Positions 17,245-27,384 are shown, counted from the first letter of the stretch. The stretch: DNA of 64,000 bases from Alphaproteobacteria bacterium (GCA_965243135.1 OZ251539.1:1504001-1568000), one strand, 5' to 3'. The notes: generated by a model from the sequence alone, not told the origin. Program-made: numbers and translations.

Positions 17245-18390
17245 TTACCAGAGCGTTTTCGTCGCGATGCGCGCGCCTTCCGCCATCGCTTCGAATTTCG
17301 CCCAGATCACCGTGGGGTGGACTTCGGTGCGATAACACGCTTGCGAGGAAAAACCGCAGTCTCCGCCGGCAAGGACGTTCTCCCGCCCGACCGCCTTCGC
17401 GAAGCGGACGATGCGTTCGGCGATCAGCTCCGGGTGCTCGACGATATTGCTCGCGTGGGTGACGACGCCGGGAATCAGCGCCCGGCCTTCGGGGAGCCGG
17501 ATGTCCTCCCATATCCGGTACTCGTGCTCGTGACGCGCGTTCGCCGCCTCGAAAGAATAGGCTCCCGCCTTGATTCCGAGCATGTATTTCGCGACGTCCG
17601 CCATGGGCGCTTCGTGGACGCGCGGTCCTTCGTTGATGCCGTAGCAGGTGTGGTAGCGGATTTTCTCCGCGGGGATGTTGCGGACGGCGTGATTGGTCGC
17701 TTCCACGTAGACGCTGGCCATGCGGTCCTTCCCGGCGTCGTCGAGTTTCGGGTCGACCAGGGTGTCGCAGAGGAAGGGATCGTCGATCTGCAACAGCAGG
17801 CCGGCCTCGACGATGGCCTCGTATTCTTCCCGCAGCGCCTCCGCGACGGCTTCCGCGTACTCCTCTTCAGTTCCGTAATATTCGTTGAAACCCACTCCTG
17901 CGGGCGCGACCGCAGGCATGAACGCGCCTTCGCACTCGACCTCGGCGAGCGCCGCCTTGAGATTGTCGATATCCCTGTCGAGCGCCGCCCGCCCCTTGTA
18001 GGCCACCGGGCCCACGCAAGCCATGGGATGCACGGGAACCACCGTGCCGCCCATCATCGCCCGCGCGAAATAGTCTTCGTAATACTCCGGGAAAGCGGCG
18101 ATTTCCGCCGCGAAAAGGTCGTGCTTCCGGTCCGGTCGCGGCTCGAACCCGTCGATCCGCTCCTCGATATAGGAGAAGAAGCCCGGCTTCGACATTTCGC
18201 CGTCGGCGACCACGTCGATGCCGGCCTCCGCCTGCCGCCGGACGACGTCGCGAACGCCGTTTCGGATTTCCTTTCGGTAGGCTTCCTCGTCATGGTCCTC
18301 GCCGCTCAGTTTCGCCTTCATCGCGTCGAGAACCGCCGCCGTGCGGGGCAGGCTGCCTACGTGAGTCGTCAGGATGCGACTTCCTTGCAT
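17245..18390 (-). CDS. Cobalamin-independent methionine synthase II (core MetE-like) family protein
   Basis: TTHVGSLPR, DGEMSK, QIDDP, HTCYG and DCGF zinc-ligand motifs; single barrel only. Confidence 0.85.
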   Translation of the reverse strand: MQGSRILTTHVGSLPRTAAVLDAMKAKLSGEDHDEEAYRKEIRNGVRDVVRRQAEAGIDVVADGEMSKPGFFSYIEERIDGFEPRPDRKHDLFAAEIAAFPEYYEDYFARAMMGGTVVPVHPMACVGPVAYKGRAALDRDIDNLKAALAEVECEGAFMPAVAPAGVGFNEYYGTEEEYAEAVAEALREEYEAIVEAGLLLQIDDPFLCDTLVDPKLDDAGKDRMASVYVEATNHAVRNIPAEKIRYHTCYGINEGPRVHEAPMADVAKYMLGIKAGAYSFEAANARHEHEYRIWEDIRLPEGRALIPGVVTHASNIVEHPELIAERIVRFAKAVGRENVLAGGDCGFSSQACYRTEVHPTVIWAKFEAMAEGARIATKTLW

Positions 18391-18499
18391 GACACTCTCT
18401 CCTTTCCCAGCTCCAGGCCTGCCTCGGTCGACTTCGGAAGACCTTTGCGCTGCTGGCTTCATTAAAGGCGATGCCTGGCCGAGCGGGCAATCCGGTTCC

Positions 18500-20497
18500 C
18501 TATGGCTGCACGGCAGGGCGGGGCTGGCGCAGCCGTTTCAACCTGAACCTGAAGCTTTTGGCCGGACGCGGCGTCGGCACGTTGGTCATCTTCAACTCGT
18601 AGCCGGGCGGATCCAGTTCGAGCTCGGCAGCATGAAAGACGGTCGCAATGACGAGCAGCGTCTGCGTCTCCGCGAAATTTCCGCCGAGGCAGTGGTGGGT
18701 TCCCACGCCGAAAGGGACGAAGACGTTGGGCTGCCGATGCTCGGCGCGCTCCGGCAGGTAGCGGTCGATGTCGAATCGATCCGGATCGGGAAAGAATTCG
18801 GGCAGGCGGTGCGTTACGGAGGTCGCCACGAACAGCGATTTGCCGGCGGGAACGCGGTAGCCGGCGAAGTCGAAGGAATTCGCCGCCTTGCGAAAAATTA
18901 CCGGCGCCGCCGGGTACATGCGCATGGCCTCCAACACCGCGCGATGCGTCACGTCCAGCCGCCGCAGGCTCTCCGCAGATAACGGTTCGGCGAAGAACCG
19001 GTCCGCTTCCGCAACGATTCGCGCCTTCAGATCCGGATGCTTCAGGATTGCGTACAGCGTGAACGCGCAGGTGTTGGCCACGGTCTCGATGCCGACCAGA
19101 TAGGGGCTCAGCACCATGGCGGTCATGTCCGTTTCGGGCATGAATTGCGGATCGGAGCGGTGCAGGTCGATAATGTCGTTGATCAAGTCGCCGGAATCGT
19201 GATGCGGCCCGCCGGGCATGTGGGACTGCAAGCTCTTGCGCGCCAGTTGTTCAATGCGCTCGCGGGCCTTCTTGAACCTACGGGCGAACGGAAACATCGG
19301 CAGTTGCTTCGCGATCGAGGTGACGAGCACCGTTTCAAGGTAGACAACAAGGTCTTCCAGATACTCGGAGGCCGATTCGCCCCCCAGGATCCGGCCCATC
19401 TGGTCGGCGATGATCCGCTGCATCAAGAACAGCGGCTTGATGCGCCGGCCCTCCGGCTGGGCGGCGACATGTTGTCGGCAGACTTCGCTGGCGAGTTCGA
19501 GATGCGCTTGGAACCGCGCGCCGGAAAACGCCGGAGCCATGGCTCTGCGCATGGCGATATGTTCCTTGCCGTCCATATTCAGTACGAGCCTCGAGGCGCC
19601 GAGGCTTTCGGCCAGGCCCCGCCAAGGGTCGTGGGAACTGAGGAAGAACCGTCCTTTGCGGTGGACGAGCCGATTGGCCTCCGCGCCGGCAAGCACGAGA
19701 ATTCTGCGGCGCAGCAGACGAATTTCGAACACCGGGCCGAGTTCGAGGTATTGCTTTGTCAGAAACTCGCGAACGTCCCTGGCCGCTTCCCGAGCGCTGC
19801 CAAGCAACGGCGCTCCCTTGACGAAAGGTATTTCCCTGGCTGGAGGAGAGGCGGGTGCCGCCTCCTCTCGACCGGAATTGCGCACCGCTCGCGTTACGGC
19901 CTGGCCGATCAAGTCCATGCGCCGCACCTGATCGATCCGCTCCCGCACCTCGCCGCGTTCGGCTTTGCTCAGCATTCGCTCGAATAGGCCGCAGGCGTCT
20001 GCGAGGCAGATGACGACGACTTCCCGCGGTCCCGGCATGTCGCCACCGAACAGCACGCCCATGATGCGAAGCCGTACCTCCTGTTCGGCCCGGCCATCCG
20101 CTGTCGGATACCGTCGCGCCCGCGCTACCTTCGGCGACGGCAGCATGGCGCCCTCCTCGACGGATTGCAGAATGCCGGCTTCGACCAGGCGCGCCAGCGC
20201 CGCAGAGCGAATCCGATCGCCGTCCTCGGCGATGCGACGCACCCAGTACTCGGCCTCGTGCGCTTGTTCGCTTTCCGCCACAGACTTCAGGACAGGATCG
20301 AGAAGGTCGTCTCCCACAGGCGCAGGATCGACCAACACGAGCTGTTCGAGATCGGTGTCGATTCGGTTTTCCAGCGCCAAATCCATGAGAACCGCTCCGG
20401 CGAGGGCATGGCGAAGGTCCGCTTCCGGCAAGAACGCCAGAGCGCCCGCGTCCTCGTTCAGCAGCAGCAGCATGATTTCTTCGGCGAAACGCAGCAC
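18500..20497 (-). CDS. GOLPH3/GPP34-domain - cytochrome P450 fusion protein
   Basis: N-terminal ~210 aa: FAEEIMLLLL, LAGAVLMDLALENRID, GDDLLD, LVEAGIL, RRYP (GPP34). C-terminal P450: GIET, EAMR, FPDPDRFDIDR, FGVGTHHCLG. Confidence 0.85.
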   Translation of the reverse strand: MLRFAEEIMLLLLNEDAGALAFLPEADLRHALAGAVLMDLALENRIDTDLEQLVLVDPAPVGDDLLDPVLKSVAESEQAHEAEYWVRRIAEDGDRIRSAALARLVEAGILQSVEEGAMLPSPKVARARRYPTADGRAEQEVRLRIMGVLFGGDMPGPREVVVICLADACGLFERMLSKAERGEVRERIDQVRRMDLIGQAVTRAVRNSGREEAAPASPPAREIPFVKGAPLLGSAREAARDVREFLTKQYLELGPVFEIRLLRRRILVLAGAEANRLVHRKGRFFLSSHDPWRGLAESLGASRLVLNMDGKEHIAMRRAMAPAFSGARFQAHLELASEVCRQHVAAQPEGRRIKPLFLMQRIIADQMGRILGGESASEYLEDLVVYLETVLVTSIAKQLPMFPFARRFKKARERIEQLARKSLQSHMPGGPHHDSGDLINDIIDLHRSDPQFMPETDMTAMVLSPYLVGIETVANTCAFTLYAILKHPDLKARIVAEADRFFAEPLSAESLRRLDVTHRAVLEAMRMYPAAPVIFRKAANSFDFAGYRVPAGKSLFVATSVTHRLPEFFPDPDRFDIDRYLPERAEHRQPNVFVPFGVGTHHCLGGNFAETQTLLVIATVFHAAELELDPPGYELKMTNVPTPRPAKSFRFRLKRLRQPRPAVQP

Positions 20498-20533
20498 TGT
20501 CCGTTCCTCAGGCGCCGGCGTGGGCTGTCGATT

Positions 20534-21676
20534 TCATGCGCTGGCCCGCGGAGGTTCGTAACCCCATGCGTCGACCGCGAACCCCCAGCGTTCGGTCACC
20601 CGGTCGATGTCCGCCTGACTCATCGTGAAGCGGTTCTTGCGGTAACCCGACAACGTTCGGAGATATAGTTCCACTTGCGGGCGGCAGACGCGCCAGTCCG
20701 GCAGGTCGAGTTCTGCGTACAAGCGCTCCAACTCGCCAAGAGGATCGCGCTCAAGATCCTCGTAGCGCACCTCCGCGAGCCGCCCGCGGAGGACGCCTTC
20801 CCGGTCGCGCAGAAATTTGGTCATCGTCCGCCGGTACGCCTCGACGAGAAACCGTTCCATCTCGCGCCAGTCGTAATGGTCGAGCTGGTACAAGGGAAGC
20901 AAGGTCCGGTAAAGATGCAGCAGCGATGGATAAACGGTGTACGGATTACGAACGATGTGGATGAACTTTCCCTTTGGAAAAAGGCGCAACAGATGGTCGG
21001 CGCGCGCCATGTTCACGGTGTTGCGGAACACCATGGGCTTGCCGTTCGCGAGCAGCGACGCCTTGCGAACGACGCCCAGATACGTGCGCTCCCAATGAGA
21101 CAGTTCCCTCGACGACAGGCCGCCGTCGACCGTGTCGCCCAACAGGACATATTTGTTCAACCATCGCATGGAGTGCTGGGGAAAGGAAAGCTGGTGAATG
21201 AAGGACATGCGCGATTCGTTGGCGACTGCCAGATCTTCCTCCTGGGGGGCGTCCATGGATATTTTCACATTGTCCATCGGCCGCGTTTGTTCCTTTCCTT
21301 CGCCCGCTTTCGCCATGCCTTTTTCGAAGAGTCGCTTCAGCCAGTCATGCCCGATCAGGGCGAACGTCGACGTCACTCCCTGATAGGTGCTGAAGTAGCC
21401 GAAGCGGGCGTCTTGCGTGATCAGATTTTGCAGATGCGTGGTGCCCGAACGCCCGAAACCCAAAATGAACAACGGAGGCGGATCCAAGACGACCTTGTTT
21501 ACCCGCCTGGAATACGCCAAGCTCTCGGCGATGCGCAGCGGCGAAGCCAGCGCCGACATGGCCAGGATGCCCGCGGCTCTGCCCCAGTATGGCCGGGCGA
21601 TCCCGCGGTTCTCTATGATGAGCTGCGCCCATACGGATAACGGTGCGAAACTGCAGGGATGAAAGTCGTTCCTCAT
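20534..21676 (-). CDS. PAPS-dependent sulfotransferase (Stf3-like family)
   Basis: PPLFILGFGRSGTTHL (5'-PSB loop), RPMDN...PQEED, IHIVRNPY..YPS, RYEDLERDP. Confidence 0.85.
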   Translation of the reverse strand: MRNDFHPCSFAPLSVWAQLIIENRGIARPYWGRAAGILAMSALASPLRIAESLAYSRRVNKVVLDPPPLFILGFGRSGTTHLQNLITQDARFGYFSTYQGVTSTFALIGHDWLKRLFEKGMAKAGEGKEQTRPMDNVKISMDAPQEEDLAVANESRMSFIHQLSFPQHSMRWLNKYVLLGDTVDGGLSSRELSHWERTYLGVVRKASLLANGKPMVFRNTVNMARADHLLRLFPKGKFIHIVRNPYTVYPSLLHLYRTLLPLYQLDHYDWREMERFLVEAYRRTMTKFLRDREGVLRGRLAEVRYEDLERDPLGELERLYAELDLPDWRVCRPQVELYLRTLSGYRKNRFTMSQADIDRVTERWGFAVDAWGYEPPRASA

Positions 21677-22001
21677 TTTCTGCCGATCCGTTGGGAACAG
21701 GAATGGAAGGTATCACGCGCCCGCGACAGACAGCAACTCCCGCCGCCGCCCGTCCCGCTCGGCCGACCCGACAGGCTTCGTCGGGAGCGGGGCAGGGTTT
21801 CCCCGGCCTCGGGACTCTGCGATTTCGTCGTGCGCCCGGTCGTGAGCGTGACTCGGGCTGCGGAAACGAATGTTGCGCGGCGGCGCATTGTCGGGAGAAC
21901 GCTTTCCGTGAACGGAATCGCTCCGACCTCGCGCGTTTGAGCGTTTCCGTCGACGGATGGCGCGGGAGTCTGACGCTGGAAGGCGGAGCGCCGGGGCCGG
22001 A

Positions 22002-23258
22002 ATGAACGCCGGACTGTGGACTCGGACCGCCGGGCGGGCGCTCGGCCTTCCGCCGCTTGCCGGGGACGTTTCCGCCGATATCGTCGTCGTTGGCGGCGGA
22101 TATACCGGTTGTTCGGCAGCCTTGCATCTGGCGGAAGCGGGCGCAGAGGTCCGCCTGCTGGAAGCGAAAACGGTCGGACATGGCGGATCGGGGCGCAACG
22201 TCGGTCTCGTCAACGCGGGACTGTGGGTGTCCCCCGAGGGCGTCGAGAAGAGGTTGGGAATGGCGGCGGCCGGAAAGCTAAACCGGGCGCTGGCCGCGGG
22301 ACCCGACCTCGTGTTCGAACTTATCCGAAGACACGGGATCGCTTGCGAAGCCGTGCGAAACGGCACGCTGCATTGCGCGCACGCACCTTCCGGACTTCGG
22401 ACGCTGAAGGAGCGGCTGCGCCAACTGAGGAAAGACGACGCGCCCGCGGAGCTGCTGACGAAGGAAGAAACGCGAATCCGGACAGGCGCTGCCGGGTTTC
22501 ACGGCGCGTTGCTCGACCGCCGGGCGGGAACCATCCAGCCTCTTGCCTATGTGCGGGGCCTGGCGCGCGCCGCAGTCTCGGCCGGCGCGAAACTGCACGA
22601 AAACACTCCCGTATCGGAGTGCCGCCGCGTCGGCGGCAACTGGCGCGTGCGGACGCAGGGTTGCGCGGTGACCGCCCGAACCCTGATCCGCGCGACCAAC
22701 GCCTATCCGCAACCTATCGCGGGGCTTGCGGCGACCGAATTCATCCCTCTCGACTATTTTCAGTTCGCGACGCCGCCGCTGCGCGAGGAACTATTGGCAT
22801 CCGTACTTCCCGGCGGGGAGGGCTGCTGGGACACGGGACGCGTGATGACGTCTTTTCGCCGCGACGCGGAAGGCCGGCTGATCATCGGCGGGATGGGAAC
22901 AATGGACGGCGTCGGAGGCGCGGCGCACCGCGGATGGGCTCGCTGCAAGCTCGCCCGGTTGTACCCGGCGGCGGCGGGCGTCGCTTTCGACCACGCATGG
23001 TCGGGGCGCATCGCTGTCTCGGGCGATCGCCTGCCTCGCGTCGAGGACATCGGGACGGATGCGATCGCCGTTCACGGCTATTCGGGACGCGGCATTGCGC
23101 CGGGAACGGCGTTCGGCAGGGCTGCGGCCGAGTGGGCGCGCACGGGCGACGAGGATGCGCTTCCTGTCGCGCCGGGGCCTCCGCGACGAGAGGGTTTTCG
23201 GCGGCTCAAGGCGCTCGGCTACGAGACGGCGGCGATCCTGTTTCACTTGGCTCGGTGA
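22002..23258 (+). CDS. FAD-dependent oxidoreductase, DAO family (L-pipecolate oxidase AmaA-like)
   Basis: GGGYTG, GGSGRNVGLVNAGLW, GTLHCAH, AGTIQPLAY, GYSGRGI. Confidence 0.75.
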   Translation: MNAGLWTRTAGRALGLPPLAGDVSADIVVVGGGYTGCSAALHLAEAGAEVRLLEAKTVGHGGSGRNVGLVNAGLWVSPEGVEKRLGMAAAGKLNRALAAGPDLVFELIRRHGIACEAVRNGTLHCAHAPSGLRTLKERLRQLRKDDAPAELLTKEETRIRTGAAGFHGALLDRRAGTIQPLAYVRGLARAAVSAGAKLHENTPVSECRRVGGNWRVRTQGCAVTARTLIRATNAYPQPIAGLAATEFIPLDYFQFATPPLREELLASVLPGGEGCWDTGRVMTSFRRDAEGRLIIGGMGTMDGVGGAAHRGWARCKLARLYPAAAGVAFDHAWSGRIAVSGDRLPRVEDIGTDAIAVHGYSGRGIAPGTAFGRAAAEWARTGDEDALPVAPGPPRREGFRRLKALGYETAAILFHLAR

Positions 23259-23350
23259 AAAGCGGCGGCCGGTCGCGCCGCAGGCGCGCCGGGCGAAGAG
23301 GGCGGCCGGGCGCTCTTCACGAAGCTCGATTCGCGCGGTAATTTCCTTGC

Positions 23351-23851
23351 GTGAACAGCACGTTCTACATGGTCGAGATGGACTACCCGGAACGCTCGGG
23401 TCCGGGCCGCGAAGCGTTCGACGGGTTTTACGAACGCCATATTTCGATGTTGCTCGCCATTCCGGGTTTTTTGACCGCGCAGCGCTTCGAATGCGTGCAC
23501 GCGGCGCGCGCGCCGTTTCTCGCCATCTATCGGCTCGCCGGTCCCGAGGCGATGGGCAGCGCGGCCTACCGTTCGAAGGCCGGCCGAATGTCGGTGCCGG
23601 AACGGTTCCGGGCGCGGATGACCAACTGGGACCGCAATCTGCTTCAGGGACCGATCGACCACCTCGAGGTCCTGGACGGCACGCTGAGCTTCGCGGACCG
23701 TTCCGCGGCCGACGAGCTGCCGGCGGGATTCGCGCATTTGAAGGTCGTCGGCCTCGACCGCACGACGGCCTGGCGCGGCGTTCGCAGAAACGGCCCGGAG
23801 ACGGCCGGGACAAGGACGTTTCGCCCGATTACCCCGCCGTTGGCGCGGTAG
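23351..23851 (+). CDS. Hypothetical protein (EthD-like alpha/beta barrel)
   Basis: FYERHISMLLAIPGFLTAQRF...FLAIY pattern. Confidence 0.55.
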   Translation: MNSTFYMVEMDYPERSGPGREAFDGFYERHISMLLAIPGFLTAQRFECVHAARAPFLAIYRLAGPEAMGSAAYRSKAGRMSVPERFRARMTNWDRNLLQGPIDHLEVLDGTLSFADRSAADELPAGFAHLKVVGLDRTTAWRGVRRNGPETAGTRTFRPITPPLAR

Positions 23852-23893
23852 GCTTTTCTTCGGCGCGCGGGCCGGCGCGCCTTGTCGGGCGCG

Positions 23894-24928
23894 TCAGGCC
23901 CCGGCGCTCACCGTCCAGGTTCGGCCCTTGCGGAGCATGTCGTTGAGCGTGCCGGTCGCCGCGCTCTTCTCGATTTCGGCGAGTTGTTCGTGCACCGCCT
24001 CGTCGTATGGCTTCGCAGGATCGCAGTAGAGCACCCCGAGGGCCACCGGATATTCCGGCTGTTGCATGTCGGCCAGCATCGTGGCCAGCATCTTGTTGGT
24101 CTGGTCGTGGACGAGGATGTCGTCGGCCGTCGCGCCGTCGTCTCCGATTTTGACGATCTCGATGCCGAACCCGTCGGCGCGGCGGGCGATGCCCCGGTCG
24201 CGCTCCTTCCCGAAAATCAGCGGTTGTCCGTGCTCGACGGAGATCGCGTTGTCGGCTACCGCGGACTTGTCGGTCCAGCTGGCGAAGGCGCCGTCGTTGT
24301 AGACGATGCAATTCTGCACGATTTCGACGAAGGACGCGCCCTTGTGCGCGTGCGCGGCCTTGAGCACGCCCGGCATGTGCTTCTGGTTGGTGTCGAAGGT
24401 GCGCGCCACGAATCGCGCGCCGGCCCCGAGCGCGAAGCTGCAGGCGTTGACCGGCGAATCGACGGACCCCTGCGGCGTCGAAGGCGATCGGGTGCCAAGC
24501 TTGCTGGTCGGCGAGTACTGACCCTTGGTGAGGCCGTAAATCTCGTTGTTGAACAGCAGCATGTTGATGTCGACGTTGCGGCGCAGCGCGTGAAGCGTGT
24601 GATTGCCGCCGATCGACAGCGCGTCGCCGTCGCCCATCACGAGCCATATGTCGAGTTCCGGATTGGCCAGCTTGGCGCCCGTGGCGAACGCCGGAGCGCG
24701 GCCGTGAATGGTGTGGAAGCCGTAAGAGGCCATGTAATAAGGAAATCGGGCGGCGCAGCCGATGCCGGAGAAGAAGACCAGATTCTCCAGCGGAATCTGC
24801 AGCTCCGCAAGCGTCCGGTGAACGCCCTTGACGATGGCGTAATCGCCGCAGCCCGGGCACCAGCGGACTTCCTGATCGGAAGCGTAATCGGCCGGCTTGA
24901 GTCGTTCGGCGGGGGTTTCGACGTTCAT
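23894..24928 (-). CDS. korB: 2-oxoacid:ferredoxin oxidoreductase beta subunit
   Basis: WCPGCGD, SGIGC, HGRA, GDGD...NN TPP motif, YGLTKGQYSPT. Confidence 0.92.
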   Translation of the reverse strand: MNVETPAERLKPADYASDQEVRWCPGCGDYAIVKGVHRTLAELQIPLENLVFFSGIGCAARFPYYMASYGFHTIHGRAPAFATGAKLANPELDIWLVMGDGDALSIGGNHTLHALRRNVDINMLLFNNEIYGLTKGQYSPTSKLGTRSPSTPQGSVDSPVNACSFALGAGARFVARTFDTNQKHMPGVLKAAHAHKGASFVEIVQNCIVYNDGAFASWTDKSAVADNAISVEHGQPLIFGKERDRGIARRADGFGIEIVKIGDDGATADDILVHDQTNKMLATMLADMQQPEYPVALGVLYCDPAKPYDEAVHEQLAEIEKSAATGTLNDMLRKGRTWTVSAGA

Positions 24929-24932
24929 CGGA

Positions 24933-26801
24933 CTAATCCTCTATGCGCGAACGGATTTCACGTTCAAGAGTGGAGACCTTGAAGGGCTGGCCGGAAATCT
25001 GGGTGACGCTTTCGGCGTCGACCAGATACTTGCCGCGCAGCACGTGAACCAGCTGCCCGTTGTTCATCTCCGGCACGACGATCCTGTCGAACCGCGACAG
25101 GAGTTCGTCGAGATTGGCGGGCAGCGGCCATATGTGGCGGATGTGGATATGCGAAGCGCTCAACCCGTCGGCTCGGCAACGCTGCACGGCCTGGTTGATG
25201 GCCCCGTAGGTCGAACCCCAGCCGACGACGGCGAGCTTGCCGCGGTCGTCGCCGCTCGCTACCTCCTGCGGCGGGATATCGTCGGCGATGCCGTCGATCT
25301 TGGCGGCGCGCACCTTGGTCATCTTGTGGTGGTTGGCCGAATCGTAGGAAATATGGCCGGTATCGTAGTCCTTTTCGATGCCGCCGATCCGGTGCATCAT
25401 TCCCGGCGTGCCCGGAATCGCCCAATTGCGCGCGAGAGTCTTCTCGTCGCGCAAATATGGATGAAAGCCCTCCGGATCGGCGCGGAACGAGACCTTGAAC
25501 TCGGGAATCCGGTCGATGTCGGGGATTTCCCAAGGTTCGGCGGCGTTCGCGAGATAGCCGTCGGTGAGAAGAATGACCGGCGTCATGTACTTGACGGCGA
25601 GCCGCACCGCCTCGATCGCTGTCTCGAAGCAATCTCCCGCGGTCGCGGAGGCGACGACGGGAAGCGGCGTGTCGGCATTGCGGCCGAAAACGGACTGGTT
25701 GAGATCGGATTGCTCCGTCTTGGTCGGGAGGCCTGTGGACGGGCCGCCGCGCTGGCTGTTGACCACCACGAGCGGCAGTTCCGCGACAAGGGCGAGGCCG
25801 ATCGCTTCGGTCTTGAGCGCCACGCCCGGCCCCGACGACGACGTGACGCCGATCGCTCCGGCGTAGGATGCGCCGATCGCCGAGCAAACGGCGGCGATCT
25901 CGTCCTCCGCCTGGAAGGTCGTGACCCCGTATTGCTTGAGGTTGGTAAGCGTATGCAGCAGCGCCGACGCCGGCGTGATCGGGTAGGAGCCGAGAAAGAG
26001 CTTGAGCCCGGCCTTGTGGGCGCCCGTGACCAGCCCCCAGGCGATCGCCTCCGTGCCGGTCACCGCACGGTAGGTGCCGGGCCGGACCTCGGCCCTGGGC
26101 ACCATGTAGGCTTCCGCTCCGGAAGGCAGTTCGACCGTCTCTCCATAGGCATGGCCGGCGTTGAGCGCAGCGATGTTGGCCGCCGCGATGTTGGGCGACT
26201 TGCCGAATCTGTGCTTCACCCAATCGACGGTTGGCTGCCGGTCGCGGTCGTATATCCAGCACATAAGGCCAAGCGCCCAGAAGTTCTTCGCGCGCGTCGC
26301 TTCCTTGGCCGACACGCCGCAATCGGCGACCGCGGCGTTGGTCAACTTGTTCATCTCGACCGCAATCACGGCGTAGTTGTCGAGGGTGCCGTCTTCCAGC
26401 GGATTCTCGCCGTACCCGGCACGCGCGACGTTGCGGGCCGTGAAGGCGTCCGTGTTGACGATGATCGTGCCGCCCTTGGGCACGTCCCTGAGATGCACCT
26501 TGAGCGCCGCCGGGTTCATGGCGACGAGGACGTCGGGTTCGTCGCCGGGAGTCTGGATATCGTAGGACGCGAAATTGATCTGAAACGCAGAGACGCCGAA
26601 GGTCGTTCCGGCCGGCGCCCGGATCTCCGCCGGAAAATCGGGAAAGGTCGCGAGATCGTTCCCCATCAACGCGGTCGACTGCGTAAACTGAGTGCCCGTC
26701 AGCTGCATTCCGTCGCCGGAATCGCCGGCGAAGCGGATGACGACCGAATCCAGCGCCTTGCGATCACTCTCCGGGGCGGCTTCCGCGATGTTTGTGGCCA
26801 T
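24933..26801 (-). CDS. korA: 2-oxoacid:ferredoxin oxidoreductase alpha subunit (gamma-alpha fused)
   Basis: FAGDSGDGMQLTG, YPITPAS, QAEDEI, QRGGPSTGLPTK, PEMNNGQL. Confidence 0.92.
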   Translation of the reverse strand: MATNIAEAAPESDRKALDSVVIRFAGDSGDGMQLTGTQFTQSTALMGNDLATFPDFPAEIRAPAGTTFGVSAFQINFASYDIQTPGDEPDVLVAMNPAALKVHLRDVPKGGTIIVNTDAFTARNVARAGYGENPLEDGTLDNYAVIAVEMNKLTNAAVADCGVSAKEATRAKNFWALGLMCWIYDRDRQPTVDWVKHRFGKSPNIAAANIAALNAGHAYGETVELPSGAEAYMVPRAEVRPGTYRAVTGTEAIAWGLVTGAHKAGLKLFLGSYPITPASALLHTLTNLKQYGVTTFQAEDEIAAVCSAIGASYAGAIGVTSSSGPGVALKTEAIGLALVAELPLVVVNSQRGGPSTGLPTKTEQSDLNQSVFGRNADTPLPVVASATAGDCFETAIEAVRLAVKYMTPVILLTDGYLANAAEPWEIPDIDRIPEFKVSFRADPEGFHPYLRDEKTLARNWAIPGTPGMMHRIGGIEKDYDTGHISYDSANHHKMTKVRAAKIDGIADDIPPQEVASGDDRGKLAVVGWGSTYGAINQAVQRCRADGLSASHIHIRHIWPLPANLDELLSRFDRIVVPEMNNGQLVHVLRGKYLVDAESVTQISGQPFKVSTLEREIRSRIED

Positions 26802-27039
26802 GTTTTTTCTGTCCGAATTCTGGTGAGCCGGGAGGCTAGGGAGGCGCGCCGCGCCCGTCAAGTTTCGCCCGGACCGAACCGAGCTGTCGCGAAACATATA
26901 ACACGGCGGGCGAATCTTGCGAAAAACCTGCATTTCCGCGGGAGGCTTGCGCCGATCGACCGTCGGGCAAAGGCCGGCTGCGGGAAGACCGCCAACATCC
27001 CGGTCGCTTTCTGCAGGCGGGCGGGTTCTTCGGCGGATC

Positions 27040-27384
27040 TTCGCGGCGACGGGGTCCGAACGTCGGTGCCTCCCTCCCTCGGCGCGGTGCGTTCGATCAG
27101 CGCCTTCAGCGACGCCGTTCGTGGCGGCGTCCGGCCTCGTCCCGCCGCGCCGTCCGCTCGGCTTCTGCGCGATATCGCTGGGCTTCCAACTGGGCCGCCT
27201 CGTGCCTGCGCTGCGCTTGGGCGCGATCCCGAGTGCGGTTGAAATAGAACATAAGCGAAAGGCCGGCAGCGATCGGTCCGCACTGAATGCAGCCGATCAG
27301 ATTCGACGTTTCGCCCTGGGCCAGACTTGCCTTATGGAGAGCGAGGGTCGCGTTCCGGAACGTTGCAGCTTCGAATTCCGTCAT
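27040..27384 (-). pseudogene. Small membrane/coiled-coil protein, possibly frameshifted near its C-terminus
   Basis: ATG 27384: MTEFEAAT...IAAGLSLMFYF...RRHE, stop at 27106; a natural-looking tail TASLKALIERTAP continues in another frame. Lower boundary approximate. Confidence 0.3.
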
